A program made the position numbers and the translations under genes. This document shows, in pieces, positions 11,088-23,315 of a DNA stretch of 64,000 bases (the first letter of the stretch is position 1; every line of letters begins with the position of its first letter). This DNA is from Veleropilina oligotropha. Lineage: Eukaryota. The notes under the pieces are model-generated. The model was given only the letters and a program-made list of their open reading frames with translations. It had not been told where the DNA came from and did not search any database. The stretch is from contig JBEUKZ010000115.1 in assembly GCA_048128005.1 (NCBI GenBank), positions 62,001 to 126,000 of the forward strand, read 5' to 3'.

Positions 11088-13045
11088 GAATTAATGCCGG
11101 TTTTCAAGGTGGACTCTTGTCCTCTACTCTCAAATGGCATCCTCTCGGGCCTTGTTTCACTGGTGGTTTTGCGTGATGTACCCCGTGGGGGCCAATCCCT
11201 CTTCTCTTGTTTGTCTCTCCTACGTCGGTCTAATGGGCAGTCTCTGCTGTAGTGCCCTTCCTCCTGGCAAGCATAACAAGTAATGTTTCCCTTTTCCCTT
11301 GAACCGACTGGGTTGAAGTCTTTGAGTGTTTTGGAGATTACCTCCTTCAGATTTTCCGTGATATTCTTGGTTAATTCTCTACCAAATTGCTGTAGCCTTT
11401 CTTCTGTCACGAATTGTTTTTGGTTGACTCGCCGCACATCTGGGAATACGTCCTCTTCATAAACGTCGTCATGGGTATCTGAATTCATAGACATAACTTT
11501 TCTTACGATGCCCTTAGATCGCATTCCACTCTTACACGATTGGTGCCAGGTCAACAGGCTGACAGCTTCATCCACTGTAGATGGTTGCTTAGTTAATACA
11601 TCATATGCCACGCTTTGGTCGTGAATACCATTTAACATGTGTTCTATGCAGAGATTATGAAATAGTTCCCTACTAATTCCTGGGTATGCTTTCCTAGCGA
11701 TTTCTGTGACGCGGGCGGCGTATTTTTGAAAAGATTCACCTCCGGATATCTTTATGTTAATCAAATTCCGCCTATATGTGCCTGGGAGAGTGTGATCTCC
11801 AAATCGTCTATCCATCTCCCCGCACAAAGCATTTAAATTACATCTCACCTGGTACGGTAGTTGGGCGGCATATGACTGAGCATCATCCCTCAAACATAAA
11901 ATGATTTCATCTGCTTGCTTGCGAAGATCCCAGTTATATCTTTCGGCTACTATCTCAAATTGTACCAGGAAGGAGTACCATTCACCCTTACCACTATAAA
12001 TAGGCAATCTACATCGTGGTTCGGCTTTCCGAGAGTTAAAGGATGATGAGCTATTTCCTATACCCTGGTTATGAAATGAAAATCGGTCGTTGGAGTTTAC
12101 TCTATTTCGAATACACGGTTCTGAGTATCCCCTATCAATGTTAGACCTGCCTGGCATGGAACTATTACTGTTCATGCGAAAGCCTTGCATATTGGGACCA
12201 CTACATTCATAACTAGACGAGAAATTTCCTAGGTCATTATGATTTCTGATATCTCGATATAGGTCATGACGCTCTTGGCCTACACTATTTGACCTCCCGC
12301 GATTCTCACGATAACAAATCAAGTCATTTCGATCTTGACCATTAGAATCATCTCGATTCTCCGAGTAACGATACAAGTCATTACGACTTTGAGTTTGACA
12401 ATTGGAATCATTTCGATTCTCTGAGTAACAATACAAGTCATTGCGACCATTGGAATCATTTCGATTCTCAGAGTATTGATACAAGTCATTGCGACTTTGA
12501 GTTTGACCTTTGGAATCATTTCGATTCTCTGGATAACGATACGAGTCATTGCGAACATTGGAATCATTTCGATTCTCTGAGTACTGATAAGAGTCATTGC
12601 GACTTTGAGTTTGACCATTGGATTCATTTCGGTTTACCGAATTGTGGCCTACAACATGATCTTGATCATGCCTCTCTGGGACTGACATTTCGCGATTTAC
12701 ACATTCGGTAACACCTGAACTCGGTACACTGGACTGACAACCCCAAGTCGTAATCATTGAACTGTCAGTAGCACTAATACAACCTCTACTCGAATATGGC
12801 ACGTAACTGTCCTGAGTCGATGTTAAAAGTGACTCAGAAGAAACAGGTTCCCGGGGATTACCTTGACCCATTACACTTGGAAGTCTCTCTTCCTGGATAA
12901 TCTGTCTATCCGTGGACACTACACCCTGACTGTCGAAGTTATTAGAATTGGAAGAAACAGTCGAACCCCCAGTCTGCACCCTTGTATCAGATGATGTTAC
13001 CACTCTATTTCGCAGAAGCATGTCTATAATAATGCGTTGCACCAA
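11078..13045 (-). CDS. Gag polyprotein with capsid-like region and CCHC zinc knuckle
   Basis: 655-aa ORF containing LPIYSGKGEWYSFLVQFEIVAERYNW, CYACQEEGHYSRDC and internal SENRNDSN repeats. The true start codon is uncertain. Confidence 0.9.
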   Translation of the reverse strand: MVQRIIIDMLLRNRVVTSSDTRVQTGGSTVSSNSNNFDSQGVVSTDRQIIQEERLPSVMGQGNPREPVSSESLLTSTQDSYVPYSSRGCISATDSSMITTWGCQSSVPSSGVTECVNREMSVPERHDQDHVVGHNSVNRNESNGQTQSRNDSYQYSENRNDSNVRNDSYRYPENRNDSKGQTQSRNDLYQYSENRNDSNGRNDLYCYSENRNDSNCQTQSRNDLYRYSENRDDSNGQDRNDLICYRENRGRSNSVGQERHDLYRDIRNHNDLGNFSSSYECSGPNMQGFRMNSNSSMPGRSNIDRGYSEPCIRNRVNSNDRFSFHNQGIGNSSSSFNSRKAEPRCRLPIYSGKGEWYSFLVQFEIVAERYNWDLRKQADEIILCLRDDAQSYAAQLPYQVRCNLNALCGEMDRRFGDHTLPGTYRRNLINIKISGGESFQKYAARVTEIARKAYPGISRELFHNLCIEHMLNGIHDQSVAYDVLTKQPSTVDEAVSLLTWHQSCKSGMRSKGIVRKVMSMNSDTHDDVYEEDVFPDVRRVNQKQFVTEERLQQFGRELTKNITENLKEVISKTLKDFNPVGSREKGNITCYACQEEGHYSRDCPLDRRRRDKQEKRDWPPRGTSRKTTSETRPERMPFESRGQESTLKTGINSLN

Positions 13046-13103
13046 ATATCAAATTTCGGCGGGTATAATATAATGTTCTACAATCACAAATTACAAATGG
13101 GAT

Positions 13104-13122
13104 AATCCCACCGCTTCCACCA
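13104..13122 (-). promoter_or_regulatory. Primer-binding site, tRNA-Leu-like
   Basis: Minus strand TGGTGGAAGCGGTGGGATT, 1 nt from the 5' LTR. It is complementary, with one mismatch, to the metazoan tRNA-Leu 3' end AATCCCACCGCTGCCACCA (from recall). Confidence 0.8.
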
Positions 13123-13123
13123 A

Positions 13124-14280
13124 TGTCGCGAATTATTTGTTCTAGCTACCCCGCGAGTCCCTAGCCAGTGCGTCACTTCACCGAGGACGGGTAGCTGTGT
13201 CTGCATACGTAGTAAATTGTGCTCTCCTTTACAGGCCTAAATTATGGTAGCGACAAACACCTGTGTGAACTTACTAATAGCACTCTTTATTTACATTATA
13301 TACAGAAGTAAATGTGATTGCAGCATTATCAGTCTCCGATGCCTTGGTGTGGTATTTCCGGATTGGATCGCCGTCAATGTATTGCATATAATAATATAAT
13401 GATTGTACAATTCTGTACTGTGTTATTATTAAACCATCTGAAACTGTCTACGTAGTATTATTTAACATGCCCTCTACTTTGTCTATTTATATACACATGT
13501 TGGAGAATCTTTTCTCTCTCGAAGTATTACACTTCCATGCGTGTGTGCGTTAAAATCCACCCATCCCTATCATTGATTATACTAAATGGAGCATTCAGCC
13601 CTCGGACTATACATGTTACAATGATAAGTGGAGCATTCACTCCAAAGTAACAACGTTAATCGCCCTCCGTCGATATAACCCAACAGTATAATTAATTAAC
13701 TATTAACAACACCCGCGGCATTACGCCGTCACTCACTGGAGTATTATACTCCCATCCAATCAATGCGTCGTCATTTCCCTGACGCTCTATACTTACAAGA
13801 ACGTAATTGTGATCCACAATCCGAAACACGTCCTGTCCCCTTGTCTTCTATGTCTAATCTCCCCGTTATTATACTCATCCACAACGCTCTCGTATCATTA
13901 TTCCATCTGACGTTTCCTCATTGTGACGTTAATCCATAACGACAGATGACGCTAACGTTAACTACCACAGGATTATTGCAGCCTCGTTTTCGACGTCAAT
14001 AACAATGGCGGCTAGTTCAGTTCCAAGAAATATAAGACTACACGAGTTTTACGTGTATTTGCTACATATATATATAATTCGGATGCTAACGAATCCTTCA
14101 CTGGTAATGCGATTGATACAACAATGGTATACAGGTACGATAGTAATATAGGATGCATCATTATACGATATTGACATCCACAACACTATCCTTCACTGGT
14201 AATGCGATTGATACAACAATATTATACAGGTACGTTAGTAATATAGGATGCATCATTATACGACATTGACATCCACAACA
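13124..14280 (-). repeat. 5' LTR (1157 bp)
   Basis: Direct repeat of 7981-9137, followed by the TSD CAGTA. Confidence 0.95.
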
Positions 14281-16602
14281 CAGTATAACAGATATGGATA
14301 GGCTTTGTTATTGTCGACACTTTCTTTATCTTACGGCTATTGAATATGCGATGATTCCTGGGTATTACAAATCGAAAGCCTAATCAATATTTCACACTTT
14401 CACCAGTTGCAACACTGTGTCCACTTTTTCATATCAAAGCAAAAAATTAAACATGAAACCACACATTACTCATCAGCGCTCTCTTCGTACATTACAGATA
14501 CATGATGCCATAAAACACTTTGAGAACTATTTGTAGATCGTTCGAAGCAGATCTGACTAGCTGTTTAATATCTTGTTGTTAACCTTTTTATACTTAACGG
14601 TTAAATGCTCTTTCAATATGTCCATCACTGAAGTAATATTGATCGAACAGCAACACTTTTTCTTACAAAGGTAAGGATTTTTGCATTTCTTCATGACTGT
14701 TATATATCCTTGTTCTGCACATGTGCAACTGTATATATTTGCTGAATTGTATGTCGAATATCGGCCAATTGCCTCTATCAGCCTTGCCTGGACTTGTAGT
14801 TTTGAATACAAGTATAACAAGCAGTGAGACTTGGGGTGACAGTTTGTGAAGCTATATGCTTTTCCTTTTAACTTTCCCATTGACACAAATCAATGGATTC
14901 ATCGATCATACTAGTATCGAGTACAAGATGTATCTCATGGCCAACGTTATTATTACAGGTTGCTCGCCCCAAGAATATCATAAAGAAATGCAAAACATCA
15001 TTATCAATTGTCATTCCTTCATTTACTTAGATATAAAGCAATATTTGTTGCGGGGATATTTACTACTTGTGGCTTCTTAATGGAATAAAAGCAGCAAATA
15101 ATGCTGAGTGACATATCTGAGATCATTAAATATGGACCACTAATATAATGATTTAAAAGTAATATTACGGATGTGATTATTGTTATGTAATAGATAATAT
15201 ACTGTTAGCCAGAGCGATATACACACATAACAGGCCGTGGCGATTGCAGCTGCTAAATATGTTATACACACCGTGAAAATCTATTGTCAATTGTAATATG
15301 TTACCACTTAAACATGAAACTACTCAAAAATACAGGCCCTTGAACGCGGTGAGAGTCTACTCTTGTTAAATGGAACAATGGAGTAATTAACACTAGGAGG
15401 CCTATTATTCAAATAACCAATCAGATGGTGTGCATTTAACTACACATTAATTTTCAAGCAATAATATGCTTGCCTATGTATGCCAGTCTTATGATATGTA
15501 TTTTACATAAATCAGGAAAACATAAATATTCTGTTTTGTAAATATTTAAAATCATAAATAAATGTTGTTTATTATAAATGGATAACTTTTGTGACAATGG
15601 GGTAGCAATCCTCTTGAGCATTAGTATACTAGTAGCTCAAATCAAGTAATATTGACCTTCGTGAACCATTAATCCTGCATAAGTTGGCAATGTTCATTTT
15701 CAAAAATTCAAAATGGCCGACATGATAGTGACGTCATAATTTAGGCCATTTATAAATTTAAACTTTTTGGCGTGTAATTTGAACATTTCTGAGCGAATGC
15801 AAACCAATTTTAAGAAAATACGATTATGAAATAAGATACAACTGTTTTAAAATTTAAAGCAAATTCAAAATGGCCGCCATATTGATGACGTCGCAATTCC
15901 GGACACGGGTCATTTTGCACTTGGCACTATATCCGAATTTGATAAGTACATGATATACTAACAAATTGGAAAGTTTCATAATTTTATCATAAAATGCACA
16001 ATTATTTGCTATTGCCACTGAACTATATGTCAGGATAAATATTAAGGATATAATTATAGCCAATGGAAAAACTACACATGGTATACATATATGTATGTAT
16101 AATATATAGCTGCCAATAAGTAAAATTAGAGATAAAAAATTATGATACATAATTTCCATGATAATATTCAATCATATATCTTTCCTATATATATTATGCA
16201 TAATATTATGTAATTAAATAACTCATCAAGTATTCAATGTCAGCCTCCGGTAGCATGTTGCAAAAAACATGCACAAATATTATCAGCAGTATGTATTACC
16301 AGTGATAGCATCAGCAACATAAAAGAGCACTGTAGGCATTAATTGGTTTCTAAACAGAATGAAAATGATCTACAAGATGGAATTCGGGCACAAATCCAAA
16401 TATGCGGAACAGTATTTATATCATATGCAAATATACCTTTATATTTAACATGTGAATTTATTAAACCTTGCCAAGTTGGATTCGTATGGAGCACATACAT
16501 GTATAGAATGATTCATCAGTTAGGCTTGAAATAGTAGCTGAATAGCCTGCTTAAAATATTAACACAGAATTAATGTAATGAATAGAAACAAATTAAGAAG
16601 AA

Positions 16603-19600
16603 TCTGATATTTTGGGAGCCTATACCATACACATCCATCTGTTACTTTGGGAGCCAGTATACCGTACACATCCATCTGTTACTTTGAGAGCCTATACCGT
16701 ACACATCCATCTGTTACTTTGAGAGCCTATACCGTACACATCCATCTGTTACTTTGGGAGCCTATACCGTACACATCCATCTGTTACTTTGAGAGCCTAT
16801 ACCGTACACATCCATCTGTTACTTTGAGAGCCTATACCGTACACATCCATCTGTTACTTTGGGAGCCTATACCGTACACATCCATCTGTTACTTTGAGAG
16901 CCTATACCGTACACATCCATCTGTTACTTTGAGAGCCTATACCGTACACATCCATCTGTTACTTTGGGAGCCTATACCGTACACATCCATCTGTTACTTT
17001 GAGAGCCTATACCGTACACATCCATCTGTTACTTTGAGAGCCTATACCGTACACATCCATCTGTTACTTTGGGAGCCTATACCGTACACATCCATCTGAT
17101 ATTTTGGGAGCCTATACCGTACACATCCATCTGTTACTTTGAGAGCCTATACCATATACATCCATCTGTTACTTTGGGAGCCTATACCGTACACATCCAT
17201 CTGTTACTTTGAGAGCCTAGATACCGTACACATCCATCTGATACTTTGAGAGCCTAGATACCGTACACATCCATCTGTTACTTTGAGAGCCTATACCGTA
17301 CACATCCATCTGTTACTTTGGGAGCCTATACCGTACACATCCATCTGTTACTTTGAGAGCCTATACCGTACACATCCATCTGTTACTTTGAGAGCCTATA
17401 CCGTACACATCCATCTGTTACTTTGAGAGCCTATACCATACACATCCATCTGTTCACATTGGGAGCCTATACCGTACACATCCATCTGATACTTTGGGAG
17501 CCTATACCGTACACATCCATCTGTTCACATTGGGAGCCTATACCGTACACATCCATCTGATACTTTGTGAGCCTATACCGTACACATCCATCTGTTACTT
17601 TGGGAGCCTATACCATACACATCCATCTGTTACTTTGGGAGCCTATACCGCACACATCCATCTGTTACTTTGGGAGCCTATACCGTACACATCCATCTGT
17701 TACTTTGTGAGCCTATACCGTACACATCCATCTGTTACTTTGTGAGCCTATACCGTACACACCATCTGTTACTTTGGGAGCCTATACCGTACGCATCCAT
17801 CTGTTACTTTGGGAGCCTATACCGTACACATCCATCTGTTACTTTGGGAGCCTATACCGTACACATCCATCTGTTACTTTGGGAGCCTATACCGTACACA
17901 TCCATCTGTTACTTTGGGAGCCTATGCCGTACACATCCATCTGTTACTTTGGGAGCCTATACCGTACACATCCATCTGTTACTTTGGGAGCCTATACCGT
18001 ACACATCCATCTGTTACTTTGGGAGCCTATACCGTACACATCTATCTGTTACTTTGGGAGCCTATACCGTACACATCCATCTGTTACTTTGAGAGCCTAT
18101 ACCGTACACATCCATCTGTTACTTTGGGAGCCTATACCGTACACATCCATCTGTTACTTTGGGAGCCTATACCGTACACATCCATCTGTTACTTTGGGAG
18201 CCTATACCGTACACATCCATCTGTTACTTTGGGAGCCTATGCCGTACACATCCATCTGTTACTTTGGGAGCCTATACCGTACACATCCATCTGTTACTTT
18301 GGGAGCCTATACCATACACATCCATCTGTTACTTTGGGAGCCTATGCCGTACACATCCATCTGATACTTTGGGAGCCTATACCATACACATCCATCTGTT
18401 CACATTGGGAGCCTATACCGTACACATCCATCTGTTACTTTGGGAGCCTATACCGTACACATTCATCTGTTCACATTGGGAGCCTATACCGTACACTTCC
18501 ATCTGTTACTTTGGGAGCCTATACCGTACACATCCATCTGATACTTTGGGAGCCTATACCGTACACATCCATCTGTTACTTTGGGAGCCTATACCGTACA
18601 CATCCATCTGTTACTTTGGGAGCCTATACCGTACACATTCATCTGTTACTTTGGGAGCCTATACCGTACACATCCATCTGTTACTTTGTGAGCCTATACC
18701 GTACACATTCATCTGTTACTTTGGGAGCCTATACCGTACACATCCATCTGTTACTTTGGGAGCCTATACCGTACACATCCATCTGTTACTTTGGGAGCCT
18801 ATACCGTACACATCCATCTGTTACTTTGGGAGCCTATACCGTACACTTCCATCTGATACTTTGGGAGCCTATACCGTACACATCCATCTGTTACTTTGGG
18901 AGCCTATACCGTACACATCCATCTGTTACTTTGGGAGCCTATACCATACACATCCATCTGATACTTTGGGAGCCTATACCGTACACATCCATCTGTTACT
19001 TTGGGAGCCTATACCGTACACATCCATCTGTTACTTTGGGAGCCTATACCGTACACTTCCATCTGATACTTTGGGAGCCTATACCGTACACATCCATCTG
19101 TTACTTTGGGAGCCTATACCGTACACATCCATCTGTTACTTTGGGAGCCTATACCGTACACACCCATCTGATACTTTGGGAGCCTATACCATACAGATCC
19201 ATCTGTTACTTTGGGAGCCTATACCGTACACATCCATCTGATACTTTGGGAGCCTATACCGTACACATCCATCTGTTACTTTAGGAGCCTATACCGTACA
19301 CATCCATCTGATACTTTGGGAGCCTATACCGTACACATCCATCTGTTACTTTGGGAGCCTATACCGTACACATCCATCTGTTACTTTGGGAGCCTATACC
19401 GTACACATCCATCTGTTACTTTGGGAGCCTATACCGTACACATCCATCTGTTACTTTGGGAGCCTATACCGCACACATCCATCTGTTACTTTGGGAGCCT
19501 ATACCGTACACATCCATCTGTTACTTTGAGAGCCTATACCGTACACATCCATCTGTTACTTTGGGAGCCTATACCGTACACATCCATCTGTTACTTTGGG

Positions 19601-21737
19601 AGCCTATACCGTACACATCCATCTGTTACTTTGGGAGCCTATACAGTACACATCCATCTGTTACTTTGGGAGCCTATGCCGTACACATCCATCTGTTACT
19701 TAGGGAGCCTATACCGTACACATCCATCTGTTACTTTGGGAGCCTATACCGTACACATCCATCTGTTACTTTGGGAGCCTATGCCGTACACATCCATCTG
19801 ATACTTTGGGAGCCTATACCGTACACATCCATCTGTTCACATTGGGAGCCTATACCGTACACATCCATCTGTTACTTTGGGAGCCTATACCGTACACATT
19901 CATCTGTTCACATTGGGAGCCTATACCGTACACTTCCATCTGTTACTTTGGGAGCCTATACCGTACACATCCATCTGATACTTTGGGAGCCTATACCGTA
20001 CACATCCATCTGTTACTTTGGGAGCCTATACCGTACACATCCATCTGTTACTTTGGGAGCCTATACCGTACACATTCATCTGTTACTTTGGGAGCCTATG
20101 CCGTACACATCCATCTGTTACTTTGTGAGCCTATCCCGTACACATTCATCTGTTACTTTGGGAGCCTATACCGTACACATCCATCTGTTACTTTGGGAGC
20201 CTATACCGTACACATCCATCTGTTACTTTGGGAGCCTATACCGTACACATCCATCTGTTACTTTGGGAGCCTATACCGTACACTTCCATCTGATACTTTG
20301 GGAGCCTATACCATACACATCCATCTGTTACTTTGGGAGCCTATACCGTACACATCCATCTGTTACTTTGGGAGCTTATACCATACACATCCATCTGATA
20401 CTTTGGGAGCCTATACCGTACACATCCATCTGTTACTTTGGGAGCCTATACCGTACACATCCATCTGTTACTTTGGGAGCCTATACCGTACACTTCCATC
20501 TGATACTTTGGGAGCCTATACCGTACACATCCATCTGTTACTTTGGGAGCCTATACCGTACACATCCATCTGTTACTTTGGGAGCCTATACCGTACACAT
20601 CCATCTGATACTTTGGGAGCCTATACCGTACACATCCATCTGTTACTTTGGGAGCCTATACCGTACACATCCATCTGATACTTTGGGAGCCTATACCGTA
20701 CACATCCATCTGTTACCTTAGGAGCCTATACCGTACACATCCATCTGATACTTTGGGAGCCTATACCGTACACATCCATCTGTTACTTTGGGAGCCTATA
20801 CCGTACACATCCATCTGTTACTTTGGGAGCCTATGCCATACACATCCATCTGTTACTTTGTGAGCCTATACCGTACACATTCATCTGTTACTTTGGGAGC
20901 CTATACCGTACACATCCATCTGTTACTTTGGGAGCCTATACCGTACACATCCATCTGTTACTTTGGGAGCCTATACCGTACACATCCATCTGTTACTTTG
21001 GGAGCCTATGCCGTACACATCCATCTGTTACTTTGGGAGCCTATACCGTACACATCCATCTGATACTTTGGGAGCCTATACCGTACACATCCATCTGTTA
21101 CTTTGGGAGCCTATACCGTACACATCCATCTGTTACCTTGGGAGCCTATACCGTACACTTCCATCTGTTACTTTGAGAGCCTATACCGTACACATCCATC
21201 TGATACTTTGGGAGCCTATACCGTACACATCCATCTCATACTTTGGGAGCCTATACCGTACACATCCATCTGTTACTTTGGGAGCCTATACCGTACACAT
21301 CCATCTGATACTTTGGGAGCCTATACCGTACACATCCATCTCATACTTTGGGGGCCTATACCGTACACATCCATCTGTTACTTTGGGAGCCTATACCGTA
21401 CACATCCATCTGTTACTTTGGGAGCCTATACCATACACATCCATCTGTTCACATTGGGAGCCTATACCGTACACATCCATCTGATACTTTGGGAGCCTAT
21501 ACCGTACACATCCATCTGTTCACATTGGGAGCCTATGCCGTACACATCCATCTGTTACTTTGGGAGCCTATACCGTACACATCCATCTGTTACTTTGGGA
21601 GCCTATACCGTACACATCCATCTGTTACTTTGGGAGCCTATACCGTACACATCCATCTGTTACGTTGGGAGCCTATACCGTACACATCCATCTGTTACTT
21701 TGGGAGCCTATACCGTACACATTCATCTGTTCACATC
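16603..21737. repeat. 35-bp satellite array, about 145 copies, about 5.1 kb
   Basis: Unit GGGAGCCTATACCGTACACATCCATCTGTTACTTT, with GAGAG, GTGAG and CTGATAC variants and a 36-bp GTTCACATT variant. No unique spacers. Confidence 0.98.
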
Positions 21738-23094
21738 GGTAGAGTTGTCACAAGATATCAAAATTTGACTCTGTAGTAAGACAACTGTCATGACTGCTGA
21801 GGCAACAGTCACAACATGACCAACACTATTTAAACTATGCCATGTGAACAGTGCTCAGTCATATTAATCAGACTCTTATTTAAATTAAGCAAATTTGTTT
21901 ATATTAAAGCGAAAAGCAACCAAAACACCACACGCATTGAACACGCATAGAGTCACCAAATGAGTTTTCAAGTAAATACGAATAATAAAGAGAACCTGTG
22001 AATGTGCTCAGTGGAAATAATGCTCACGGTATAATATATGTGTTTGCACTCAAGCTTGTGTCTCCGACTTTGTGGTTCAACATTTTAACCCACTGAACCA
22101 CACCTCTCATCAATATTGTTGTTGGTCTAATGTAATCGAGATTGATAACCAGAGCCAAGCTGTGAGGGACCGACGTGACACAATCATGATGTACTTACTA
22201 ATTGGATAAATGAGTGGTTCGAATATGGTGCAATCATGCAAGAAGTTAAATTATACAGTTCATGATTTATCCAGTGATGACATTCAATTATTCAAAGAGA
22301 AAGTGACAAAAGAGGGGACTAATTCAATACACGCATTCCATCTATAATAAAATTGGATAAATGTTCCATTTATAAGACTTTCTCAAGTCAGAATGTCAGT
22401 TCTCTTTGAAATTGTCTCAGAACGGAATGAATTCTGATCTCATATATATCAAGAATGACGAATGTTCTCCGACAACCAAATAACTTTCCTTCCGATTCAC
22501 CAATCAATTTCTTTACGCGCCTGAAGTGGCCGACTGCATTGCGATAAATGATTGGATTAGAGTGGGTGAGGGTGAAGCTGACCACTGGCTGACTATTTAG
22601 CTTGACCGCTGTAATTGTTCGTCACCCAAGATTAGGTTAGCTTAACACAAGAATAGAACAGATTTCACGCTAACTGAATAAGAATCATTCGACTGTAGGA
22701 GGTCCCAGACAATTCCACGCCGTGCACTGGCAAGTGTCTGTGAGGGAAAGGTCAAGCTGCATAACCGTACTTCCACCCACATATATTGTATTATTATTCT
22801 GGTACCAACATCTACGTTACTTCCACCCACATATATCGTATTATTATTCTGGTACCTACATCTAAGTATCATGCATATCACAGCTTGTACAATTCAAATT
22901 GCTCACTGCCAGGGAAAATGAAAAATTTGGGCAGGCACTGGCTCTCTGACAAACACATTGCCAACAATGGCAAGGTCAATGGTCCACAGCAGAAAGCCAG
23001 TTGAATAATTATAGCACTTTACTAATCTTTTATTTATGCATTTTTTAATAAGACTAAAAGATCTAAATATGGATGTTATACCTGTTTTCTTTAA

Positions 23095-23315
23095 CTGTCC
23101 TCGATAGCTCAACTCGACGGAAATAACCGTTAAGTGGGACGATAGGATGTGAGTTCAAACCCCTGCTCCGGCGTGGATAATTCTAACACTTAAAACTAAT
23201 AGAGGGCATATCCCTAATGTATGTCGGTCAGATCGGAGCAAGACCTTAAACCGGGTGTCCAGACTGTGATAAGGTTGAAAATGGCCCAAAAAGTGGTCGT
23301 AAAACAAATTTATCT
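23095..23315 (+). mobile_element. tRNA-derived SINE (family 1)
   Basis: GATAGCTCAA A-box-like and GTTCAAACCC B-box-like motifs. A homologous copy lies in reverse at 48280-48515. Confidence 0.7.

Larger units (their letters stand above)
7981..14280 (-). mobile_element. Ty3/Gypsy-type LTR retrotransposon, non-autonomous (gag and protease only)
   Basis: Two 1157-bp TG...CA LTRs, a 5-bp TSD CAGTA (7976-80, 14281-85), a PBS, a PPT, gag with a CCHC knuckle and an aspartic protease. No RT catalytic motif, RNase H or integrase. Confidence 0.95.
5913..16025 (-). mobile_element. Degenerate DNA transposon with long imperfect TIRs (Academ-like), interrupted by a LINE and an LTR element
   Basis: 5913-~6080 and ~15860-16025 are imperfect reverse complements (shared TTGTGCATTTT.TGATAAAAT, ATATAGTGCCAA, TGACCCGTGTCCG, ATGGCGGCCATTTTGAAT). 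TAT flanks both ends (5910-12, 16026-28). Minus-strand relic peptides at 14.3-15.1 kb (HEIHLVLDTSMIDESI; an EE.AD...WFH-like segment) resemble the nuclease region of Academ-type proteins. The family assignment is an inference. Confidence 0.6.

Noticed and set aside
10342..11094. Plus-strand ORFs antisense to Gypsy pol, and the many short antisense ORFs in the DIRS region
   Set aside because: They are shadows of the real coding strand or of GC-rich sequence and show no recognisable motifs.
16603..21737. CRISPR-like array, or long protein-coding ORFs (GAYTVHIHLLLWEPIPYTSICYF repeats)
   Set aside because: Units are head to tail with no unique spacers and there are no cas genes. The ORFs appear in all three frames simply because the 35-bp unit lacks stops on this strand.
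23095..23180. tRNA genes at B-box motifs (also ~32480, 48440, 54680, 57990)
   Set aside because: No full cloverleaf; each continues into a shared SINE body and tail.
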